Source: Mobula hypostoma
Lineage: Eukaryota
Reading direction: 5' to 3'
Assembly: GCF_963921235.1 (NCBI RefSeq)
Contig: NC_086108.1
Location: 30,258,001-30,322,000 of the forward strand
Length of the DNA stretch: 64,000 nucleotides
In this document: positions 12,781 to 22,636 of the stretch, one piece after another
Numbering within the stretch: position 1 is the stretch's first letter
How the letters are laid out: each line of letters opens with the position of its first letter
Made by a program: the position numbers and the translations under genes
The notes under the pieces: generated by a model
Seen by the model: the letters and a program-made list of their open reading frames with translations, nothing else
The model's database searches: none
What the model was told of the DNA's origin: nothing

Positions 12781-14529
12781 ATGAAACACATTTCACTTAT
12801 TTCCACTTTGCGCCAGAGTATAGTAGAGATAGCTTAAAGCTATCTCAGAATACTGAATGAGCCATGTTGTTAATCATTTATTACCTCGTTCGTGGAAGCA
12901 TTTGTGGTTAATCCACAGATATGCCAAGCAAGTTGGCCCTATTGGAAGGGCATCATAGACTAGTAACCCAGTATGAGGAAGGGAAAACAACCTTACCAGC
13001 AGATGCTGTCATGCAAGTGTATAGAGAAACCACTGGTTCTATCTCCGGTTCTGCAAGGAGGATACATATTTCAGTGAAAGGTTAGCAGTAACATCCATCT
13101 ACAGCTTGTTGGCAGAGATCTGGATGTGAACCAATGCCTAATATGTTATGTGCTTTATGTCTACGTTAAGGTCACTGACATCTTGAACTTCCTAGACTCA
13201 GCATTATTCCAGGCAGCAGTGGCAGATCAATGCTATGTGTGTTGTTCATTGCAGCATTAGCAAGGTCATGATCTGTACACATGAAAATTGGTCAAGTAAA
13301 GAGACATACTTTTGGCAAGGGATCAGTATGTTATTGTTTAAATGAAGGAATGTAGGCACACAGTTCTGAGAGGTTTACAAGCTACTGAAGCCTGCAATCT
13401 TTTTCTGAACCTTTAAGTGATCCACTGTGCTCATGATGCTTCAAGTTTGCCTCAGGAGCTCAAAGTTTTGTGTACTTCACATCAGCAAAATATCTGAAAC
13501 CGGGAGAAGAAATTTCCCTTGGTCAGGCCCTAATTGAAGTAAAGGATATAAACTGGAATGCAGTACTAAACCTCACTCAGTTATTGCTTTTTTAAAATTA
13601 AATCTGCATTGGCTTCCTATTTTACCACAGATTAATTTAAAGTGATGGCTTTCATTCCAGCCAGGGAGCCTTGCAAGATTATGTGGTTGTCATTTTGATG
13701 AACCCAGTTGCAGAATTTTCAGTGAGTCCGCGTGCATGAGGTGATTATGTAGAGGTTGTTATCAGTTCTTTGAATATTGTTTCTAGACATGGTACCTCTT
13801 CAGTTCAATCTAATCTAGTTGGTAGAGTCACTTGAACATAGGTTGCTGGGAAGGAACTTAAGGTTTGTTTCTGCAGAACGCATTTGCCCATCAGTCCGAT
13901 CCAAAAATACCAAGGTGTTATTCCAGAATGGACTCACATATAGGCTTTATGTTAATAAAATCAGCCCAAAGTAAAGCAAGGGGGAACCTGACCTGGAGAT
14001 TTGCTGGAATGTCACATATGAGTATGGCAGGAATACTCTTCACTATGAGGACCCATACATTTGCTCCAGCTGGCCTCCACTACTGTCCCATATTGCCACA
14101 CGTGCTGCTTGCCACAATTTGTCTTTGAAACACGTAATTCCCTATTTATAATGGCTTAACAAAATTACCACAAAATATTTATTATCAAATCAGCTATTGT
14201 GGGAGATGGTCTTTAGATTTGTGCTAAAGGTACAAGCTCATTGACCAATTTGAAGAAGACAAGAAACATCTGATGTGGAGAGTAAATGTCTCATCAATCC
14301 GCAGCAGCAGAGATATCTGGTTTTATATCCACATAGATATAAAGAAGCCAGAGGCAAAGACTTTGATTTCTTCCAAGAAAGCCCTTGTTAAATTCCTGTG
14401 ATATTTACTTGAAGCAGATTAATAACTGCTTTAAACTCCATATTTATGCAGTTACATTGATGGGGAACAATAAATCCCAAGACCTAAAGACAGTGGACAG
14501 ATCTCATCAGACTTGGTACAGGCCTAGGA

Positions 14530-14932
14530 CTGTACTCTTACTGGAATTCAGAAGGATGAGAGGAGATCTTAATAGAAACATAAAAAATTATAAAAGGGAT
14601 GGATAAGATGGAGGCAGGAAAGTTGTTTCCACTGGTAAGTGAGACTAGAACTAAGGGATATAGCTTCAAGATTCGGGGGAGTAAATTCAGGACGGAGGTG
14701 AGGAAGAACTGCTTTTCCCAAAGAATGGTGAATATGTGGCTACCTCAGTAAATATATTTAAGACAAAGTTGTATAGATTTTTGCATCGTAGAGGAATTAA
14801 AGTGTTATGGGAAAAAGGCAGGTAGGTGGAGATGAATCCATGGTTAGGTCAGCCATGATCTTATTGAATAGTGGAGCAGGCTGGATGGGCCAGATGGCCT
14901 ACTCCTGCTCCTATTTCTTATGTTCATATGTT
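14530..14932 (+). mobile_element. CR1 3' fragment
   Basis: LEFRRMRGDL, CFSQRMVN, CR1 3' UTR with (TATGTTC)-type tail. Confidence 0.85.
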
Positions 14933-16313
14933 GTCAGCTACTGCACAACTGGAACGTGTGTGATGAGACAAAATTCATCTTAGGCCATGAGTCCAAAACA
15001 ATGTGACACAGCTTGTCAACCTGCATTAGGTTCTGTTAGAGGAGCCATTTTGTTTTTCTGTGTGGCACTTCAGGAGGATGTTGAGTGCATTGGGTGTTCT
15101 ACAAAAGAAAGAGTGCATTCACTGCCTTGAAATGTACTTAAAATATATAGTTAGTTAACATGAATCTAAATTACTGTACATTATATTCCTCCATTGTCCA
15201 TGATGAAATTATGATGAAATATTTAATTACTGAACTCTACTTTTTTCAATTTGTCTTCCACACTTATTTCTGCATCCACAAACCCTCCAAAATATCTATC
15301 CCATTGATTGCATCTTTGGTCAACAAAACCTTTCCCAACTCCAGTTTAACTTTTCAAGTTCTTTATACCTTTCTATGTTAATGTGATTTAAATGCGGAGT
15401 TTAAAACTGTTGTTGAGTTTAGACATAGTCATACATCATAGGATTAGGCCCTTTGGTCCAGCTGATTCATTCCAATTGTGTTGGCCAGAAAGCTAGTCCC
15501 ATCTCCATTATTTGGCCTGTAGGCTTTTAAAACTTAGCTATTCAAGTACCTTTACAGATGGCTTTTAAGTTCTGCTTGTGTGCCCACTTGAACCACTATT
15601 TCTAACAACATTCCAAATATGCATCAGCTTTTGTATGAAGAAGCTGCTGCTGGTGACCCTTTTCAATCTCTTACCTCTGATCTTGAAACTATAACCTCTA
15701 GTTTTTTAGCATCTCTCCCCTAGGCAAAAGAAAAAAAAATGTTGTAAATGTACAGATCTATGTTTATTAAAGGAACTTAAGGTAGAATGTATCAAGCTTG
15801 ACAGTTCTCTAAGGAAATACCTAGCCTCTTAGCAGTTTTTGAGTTTTTGTTTTGTTCCTTGAATGTTTTATGAATTTGATTACTAATCTCTCGTTTACTG
15901 CTATAATATGGGAATAGAAACTGTCATTTAGAATGCATTTGTAAGAGAAAGATGCACTCTCTGATAACATGTGCGTTCGAGATGAGAATCCACAATAATT
16001 AAATTTTAATCCATGTATGTCCTTTTTGTCATTGTCTCTTCCTTTGCAGTGAAAGTTAATAATTCGAATAAAGGAACTGAAATAACAGGAGTGAAGTGGG
16101 GGGGAGGAGGTTATTGTCAAAGTAAATATGTCTTGAATGCTTGAATGAAAAAAAATAACTGTGGCTTTAGGTGTAAGCTTAACTTGTACCTAAGACAATA
16201 TTGCTGGCTGAGAACGCCTACCATAGGTATTCATGATAGAACCACTTTCTGCAGTGGTAACTCTATACCCTCCTTTGCTATACTTGATTTTTCTACTGCC
16301 TCTGTTACGAGTA

Positions 16314-17487
16314 CAGGTCGACCTTCACTAATCCGGCACCATTGGGACCTGAGGAGTGCCGGACTATCAAAGGAGTGGGAATAAACGGGACCTTTTCAGA
16401 ATGGCAGGCGGTGACTAGTGGGGTACCGCAAGGCTCAGTGCTGGGACCCCAGTTGTTTACAATATATATTAATGACTTGGATGAGGGAATTAAATGCAGC
16501 ATCTCCAAGTTTGCGGATGACACGAAGCTGGGTGGCAGTGTTAGCAGTGAGGAGGACGCTAAGAGGATGCAGGGTGACTTGGATAGGTTGGGTGAGTGGG
16601 CAAATTCATGGCAGATGCAATTTAATGTGGATAAATGTGAAGTTATCCACTTTGGTGGCAAAAATAGGAAAACAGATTATTATCTGAATGGTGGCCGATT
16701 AGGAAAAGGGGAGGTGCAACAAGACCTGGGTGTCATTATACACCAGTCATTGAAAGTGGGCATGCAGGTACAGCAGGCGGTGAAAAAGGCGAATGGTATG
16801 CTGGCATTTATAGCGAGAGGATTCAAGTACAGGAGCAGGGAGGTACTACTGCAGTTGTACAAGGCCTTGGTGAGACCACACCTGGAGTATTGTGTGCAGT
16901 TTTGGTCCCCTAATCTGAGGAAAGACATCTTTGCCATAGAGGGAGTACAAAGAAGGTTCACCAGATTGATTCCTGGGATGGCAGGACTTTCATATGAAGA
17001 AAGACTGGATGAACTGGGCTTGTACTCGTTGGAATTTAGAAGATTGAGGGGGGATCTGATTGAAACGTATAAGATCCTAAAGGGATTGGACAGGCTAGAT
17101 GCAGGAAGATTGTTCCCGATGTTGGGGAAGTCCAGAACGAGGGGTCACAGTTTGAGGATAGAGGGGAAGCCTTTTAGGACCGAGATGAGGAAAAACTTCT
17201 TCACACAGAGAGTGGTGAATCTGTGGAATTCTCTGCCACAGGAAACAGTTGAGGCCAGTTCATTGGCTATATTTAAGAGGGAGTTAGATATGGCCCTTGT
17301 GGCTACGGGGGTCAGAGGGTATGGAGGGAAGGCTGGGGCGGGGTTCTGAGTTGGATGATCAGCCATGATCATAATAAATGGCGGTGCAGGCTCGAAGGGC
17401 TGAATGGCCTACTCCTGCACCTATTTTCTATGTTTCTATGTTTCTATGAACCGGATTACGGGTAGTCAGGTTAGTGAAGGTCGACTG
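16314..17487. mobile_element. Short Tigger-type MITE interrupted by a CR1
   Basis: TIRs CAGGTCGACCTTCACTAA / TTAGTGAAGGTCGACTG, TA on both sides. Confidence 0.75.
16367..17448 (+). mobile_element. Young 5'-truncated CR1 LINE with open RT C-terminal frame
   Basis: Uninterrupted frame to 17349 with [27 protein letters not shown]; (TTTCTATG)n tail. Confidence 0.92.
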
Positions 17488-17554
17488 TAATAATAATATC
17501 CTCAAGTGGCTTTCCTCAATTATCCCCCTTGTTGGAATTAATTGTTCTCTAATC

Positions 17555-17689
17555 TGTCCTGACGAAGGGTCTCGGCCTGAAACATCGACTGCACCTCTTC
17601 CTAGAGATGCTGCCTGGCCTGCTGCATTCACCAGCAACTTTTATGTGTGTTGCTTGAATTTCCAGCATCTGCAGAATTCCTGTTGTTTG
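17555..17689 (+). mobile_element. Penelope-like pLTR cassette with hammerhead motif
   Basis: GTC-CTGACGA-AGGGTCTCGGCCT-GAAAC-ATC-GAC; TSD TGTTCTCTAATC 17543-17554 / 17690-17701. Confidence 0.8.
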
Positions 17690-18488
17690 TGTTCTCTAAT
17701 CCGGTTGTATTTTGTGTATCTTCAATCAGATTATTTGTTCTAGCAAATTCCAGGGATTATCATTGGTAGTGTTTTTCTCATGCGAGCATTCCCCTTAGTT
17801 ACATCAGTTGCAGATCAGGCTGTTACCTTCCACAAGCGCACTGCTAATATTCAGTTTTGACTTGAATCCTTTGCTCAGATAGTGTTGGTCTGTTATTCAA
17901 AAGCGAATAGGCTGAAATTTCTACCAGATAAAGTTTAGTGAATAAACAACGGACTGCATCGGTTCTCTGCAGACTTTGAACGCTTACCAGTGATTGCTTG
18001 AACATTTTCTGAATCTGAATGAGGCAGTTGTAACTTTTGCACCCAGATGACCTCCAAGCTTGAACTTTAACCATTTCATCTTACAACACTTCTATTTACA
18101 TTTCTCTTGACTTTTGGTAATTCATGACCTGTCGAATTTTAAAATCATGTTTTTGTCCAAAAATTCTCCCACCCTTCTAATTGCAGTATCATTTTTAACC
18201 TAACACTGATTTCTCTTTCTGTGGCTTTTTATCTCTTGAGTACCTCTGTGCTCTGCCTAGCCTGACAATCGGCAGCCATGCGTCAGTTGCTACTGTGTGA
18301 GACTGTCCTAAGAGCTTACCTCTTTCTTGACATAGTTAATCATTGTTTCTGATATTTCCTAGTTCATTTTAATTTAATTTTTGACTATGTTGTACCATGT
18401 AATGTGGTATTTCTCTGTTACAGGTACTACTTAACAATGATTGGTTGAAGATGTGGTTCTTATCTCCCATCTCCTAATTTTTTTCCAG

Positions 18489-18580
18489 ATATTGGGCAAA
18501 CTTGAAATTGTGGTTCAAGCAGAAGATAAGTAAAGAGGAGTTTGATTTGGAAGCCAGGAGGCTTCTTACTCAAGATAATG
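18489..18580 (+). CDS. TADA1: TADA1 coding exon (probable exon 2)
   Basis: ttttccag| ... |gtaaga; [30 protein letters not shown] matches vertebrate TADA1; 92 bp. Confidence 0.97.
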
Positions 18581-18741
18581 GTAAGATTCATAACTTTTTC
18601 ATTTTCTTATCTATGAGAATCTATAACCCTTGTGACTGAAAACCTTGTATACTGAATCACTGTCAGGTGACTTTGCAGTAGGTTCTTCAAAAGGATACAG
18701 ATTACACTAATGCTTCAACTTGGACAAGCTGAATTAATAGT

Positions 18742-19550
18742 TTTCAATAGGTACATTTAATGTCAGAGGAATGTATACAATATACATCCTGAAATTCTTT
18801 TTCTTCGTAGACATCCACGAAAACAGAAGTGTCCCAAAGAATGAATGACAGTTAAAACGTTAGAACCCTGAAGCCCCCCCAGCTCCCCCCTCCCATGCAG
18901 AAGCAGTAACAAGGCAACAACCCCCCCACCAGCAAAAAAGCATCAGCATCCTCCTCTGAGCACTCAAACATGCAGCAAGCATCAATAAAGACACAGACTT
19001 GCAGTACCCCAAAAACTACTCGTTCACCCAGATATTCGACATACCACAGTTCTCACTCTTCCTAATAGGGTGCCCCCGTTTCACAGCGAGAGGAGAGGCA
19101 AAACAAACAACTTGCTGATTTACGATGTTAAAAGTCTGTTGTGTTGCTTTTTTCGAGCTCTGTGCCCAGAGAGTTGGCAGCAGAAAGGCGCAGCTCTCTG
19201 GGCACACAACCCCCGGCAGTTAGCCCTGATGTTCTGTGTTCTCCCTCGACGCTTTAGTCAGGGGCACTGGCCTAGAATCAGCATGTCTCCAGAGCCACGA
19301 AAATCTGGGACCCTGAAGGCGCGCTCGCTTTCCAGGCCGCGTCCCTTGGATATCAAAATGCAGCCGGCCGTGAGGCCCTGAGAACAGGTCCCACTCCTAC
19401 AAAGAGCTGAAGTCAGAGTGTAACTCCAGGTCATGGTCTTCAAAAGAACCTTGAAAAAAGAGATATCAAAAATAGAAATAGAACTGTTTCCGAAGACGCA
19501 AGCAGAGGAGTCGCCGTTTAGTGCCATCTTAACTTTGCTCCACCTCTTCT
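18742..19550 (-). mobile_element. Noncoding retroposon (second family, AAGATGGC head)
   Basis: Minus-strand head AAGATGGCACTAAACGGCG; tail ..GTATACATTCCTCTGACATTAAATGTACCTATTGAA resembles tails at 27081-27360 and 53805-53860; boundaries approximate. Confidence 0.65.
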
Positions 19551-19936
19551 AGCCCACTTAGACTGATGATAAGATCATCCTCTGTATTGACTGTGAGGAT
19601 ACAAAGTAAAATGCATTTGGGTAATATTCAACTCAGTGATCCGTAATTTGCCAATGACAATCTCACTGCAGACAAGCACGTGAATGAGTGGAGGAAATAG
19701 ATTTGAAAACTGGATTGGATATGAACGTGAACAGATGGAGAACATTTGTATATTGATCAAGAAAGTGATTTGAACCAATTCAACAGTTTTTCCCCCTTGC
19801 TTCTGTAAATTAATTAATGCATTTTTATCGGTATGATAGGACATATAACTATATATGCAATACCGGGGCCCATTAAATTTAAGGGTCAGGAACTGTCGAT
19901 TTAATTTAAAAGCAGAAAACAGAGACTGGGGTAGAT

Positions 19937-20909
19937 GGGGTTTATTTTCAGACGAAAGTAAAGTAAGTAGTCAAGTTCCGAGGAGTCAATATTGAGACAA
20001 GTCTTCTAGAGCAAAATCAGTTTACGAGGCTTCTGGAAAGAGAGAGTGAATAGGATTAACATAATTTTTCTATTAACAGTGAACTGGGGTTTATTTTCAG
20101 ACTGAAGTAAAATAAATACTTTAGGAAAGGAGAGGAGAAGATGGTGGTGCGACGCAGCTCCCAGTGGACACTCCGGTGGTGATGTCTGTTATTTGTCAAG
20201 TAAGGTGCCGTGCACAATCCTGATTTGATGGAGACAGACGTGAGAGCATGGAGGAACATCTGGTGAAACTTCTGAAATGCCTGCTTCGCTGCTGCTGCTG
20301 CTGTGTGGTCCAGAATCTCCGGAGGGGAAGGCCCCGAATCCTTGGCTTTGCTTGTTGCTCGGCGGCCAGGGCAGGGTCGAAGCGCTCGGCTGAGGATGGT
20401 GCTCGGTGTTGAAGGGCTGGTCGAAGGCTCGAAGTTTTCAGATGGACTTGGAGTCCGCTGCGGTTGGGTGCTTCCAGTGGTGCTGCATCGGCAGGTTTGC
20501 GGCGCTTGGAGGTTCATGGCAGGGGGAGCTTCTCTCTTCTACCGTCTGCGTGAGATGATGAGGGACTTTGAGACTTTTTTTTACCGTGCCCATGGCCTAC
20601 TCTTTATCAAATTACGGGATTGCTTTGCACTGTTGTAACTGTATGTTATAATTATGTGGCTTTGTCAGTTTTAACCCTGGTTTGTCCTGTGTTTCTTGTA
20701 ATTTCATTCTGGAGGAACATTGTATCATTTTTTAATGCATGCATTTCTAAATGAGAATAAACGAGGACTGAGTGTCCTCATAATCTAAATAGTCAAGTTC
20801 CGAGGAGTCAATATTGAGACAAGTCTTCTAGAGCAAAATCAGTTTCCGAGGCTTCTGGATAGAGTGAGTGAATAGGATTAACATAATTTTTCTATTAACA
20901 GTGAATTAG
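19937..20909. repeat. ~148-bp tandem duplication of a degraded CR1-like fragment; second unit split by a retroposon
   Basis: 19937-20084 repeated as 20085-20118 plus 20792-20909. Confidence 0.8.
20119..20785 (+). mobile_element. Noncoding retroposon (~0.67 kb)
   Basis: Head GGAGAAGATGGTGG; tail AATAAACGAGGACTGAGTGTCCTCATAATC; TSD TAAATA 20113-20118 / 20786-20791. Confidence 0.8.
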
Positions 20910-21050
20910 GGGCGTCACGTGATGACGTGGGATTGAGACGTGTAAATCCAGCTCTCCCGCAACAAGTCAGGAAAGCACCGTTTAAATAAAACGAAGTTAG
21001 TAAATATTTTCTGAAAACTATTTATAAACTTTGTAAGATTACTTTACGAT

Positions 21051-22154
21051 ATGCCTCCTAAATCGCAACGAAAGAAGTCTGCTGTTGCGAAGCAGCTGCG
21101 AGACGGGAAGAAAAAAGGGCCTACTGCAACGATGGAGCCTCGGACTCAGGTTGGATCTCCTTCGGTAGAACAGGGAGCAACGGTGGTGGCAATGGCTTCT
21201 TCGAAGAAGACACCGGTAATGCGCATGCGCAAACCGACACAATCCAAACTACAAGAACCGACAGCCACTGCAATTGAAAATGACTCAGAGTCAGAATCGG
21301 ATTCTGCAGAGAACATAGATGAAGAAGAGGAGGAAGAACTGGAAGCGATTGGAAGTAAAGGAGATGATAGTGATATGAGAGAAGCTATATTGCAATTAAC
21401 GGATGAATTAAGAAAAGTAAGAGAAGAACTTAGAGATACGAAGATGTGCTATGATAAAGTTATGGCAAGACAGGACAAAATGGATAAGAAGCTTCAGAAG
21501 ATGGAAAGAGCAATGGGGCATATGAATGATAGAGTGGAAAAAACAGAAAATGATTTGCTTGTCTGGAATTCGGAAAGAAACCGACTCTTGGAGAAAGTGG
21601 ACATGTTGGAAAATTTTAGTAGACGTAATAATATTAAAATTGTTGGTCTTGAAGAAGGTAGGGAGGGAGATAAACCAATAGAATTTTTTCAAAGATGGAT
21701 CCCGGATGTTTTGCAAATGGAAGAGGGGGTTCGATCAATTGAAATTGAGCGGGCACATAGAGCTTTAAGACCAAAACCAAAAGATGACCAATATCCACGA
21801 TCGATTTTAATAAAATTCTTAAGATTTCAAGACAAGGAAAGGATTCTACAGGCAGCTGCTCGAGTTGCCAAAGATAGAAAAGGGCCATTGATAATTGAAG
21901 GGAACAAAGTTTTTTTCTATCCTGATATAAGTTACGAACTTTTGAAGAGAAGGAAGAAATTTAATCCAGTGAAAAAAACCCTATGGGAGCATGGTTATCA
22001 ATTTACACTGCGTTATCCTGCAACTTTGAAGATTTTTTTGTCTGGTGGAGAAAAAAGATTTTTTGATGATTATCAGAAAGCAGAGCAGTTTGTGCGAGAT
22101 TCTCTGAAAACTCACCAGACCCAAGAACAAACCCAAGAGAGCGAGATAGATTGA
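21051..22154 (+). CDS. L1 ORF1p (coiled coil, RRM, CTD), intact 367 aa
   Basis: ATG to stop; LENFSRRNNIKIVG, IERAHRA, FYPD, LRYPATL motifs. Confidence 0.9.
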   Translation: MPPKSQRKKSAVAKQLRDGKKKGPTATMEPRTQVGSPSVEQGATVVAMASSKKTPVMRMRKPTQSKLQEPTATAIENDSESESDSAENIDEEEEEELEAIGSKGDDSDMREAILQLTDELRKVREELRDTKMCYDKVMARQDKMDKKLQKMERAMGHMNDRVEKTENDLLVWNSERNRLLEKVDMLENFSRRNNIKIVGLEEGREGDKPIEFFQRWIPDVLQMEEGVRSIEIERAHRALRPKPKDDQYPRSILIKFLRFQDKERILQAAARVAKDRKGPLIIEGNKVFFYPDISYELLKRRKKFNPVKKTLWEHGYQFTLRYPATLKIFLSGGEKRFFDDYQKAEQFVRDSLKTHQTQEQTQESEID

Positions 22155-22636
22155 AGATGAAGATTGGGTTAAAGAATGGACTTGATGGATTTTTGAAGCT
22201 GGATGAATGTATAAATATATTATTAATTATACGAAGCGGGGTAAGAAAGGTTAAAACTGGAGGAATACTAGTTGGGAACAGTAATACTAATTTTGTCTAT
22301 ATATATATATATATATATATAATGTTTTTTGTTGCGGGGGAGCTGGAAGAAGCACTGATCGATTGCTACGCTAGTCATGTGTGCAAGCGTGGCTTTTGCC
22401 ACGACCCGCAAAATGGAGGGGGGGTAGTGTTGTGTATCCTTTCGTTCACAACATTAGTGGGGGGGTATTTTGTTTTTTCTTTTTTTGTACTTTTTCTTTC
22501 TTCTTTTTTCTTTCTGCCTGGAAGGTTGGGAGGGAGACACATAGCAACATGGTGAAGTTTAAAGAGATTCCCCAAGGAACTATGAAAGTTGAGAAGATAA
22601 ATAATGTTTTAGATTGGAGTAACTTTGTTAAGAATA

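Noticed and set aside
12800..14500. Apparently unique intronic sequence, possible hidden exon or enhancer
   Set aside because: No recognisable protein similarity, RNA motif or repeat structure; needs cross-species alignment
21039..21242. 67-aa antisense ORF in both L1 #2 and #3 (ORF0-like)
   Set aside because: Starts at TTG, overlaps ORF1 and is explained as its antisense shadow in near-identical copies
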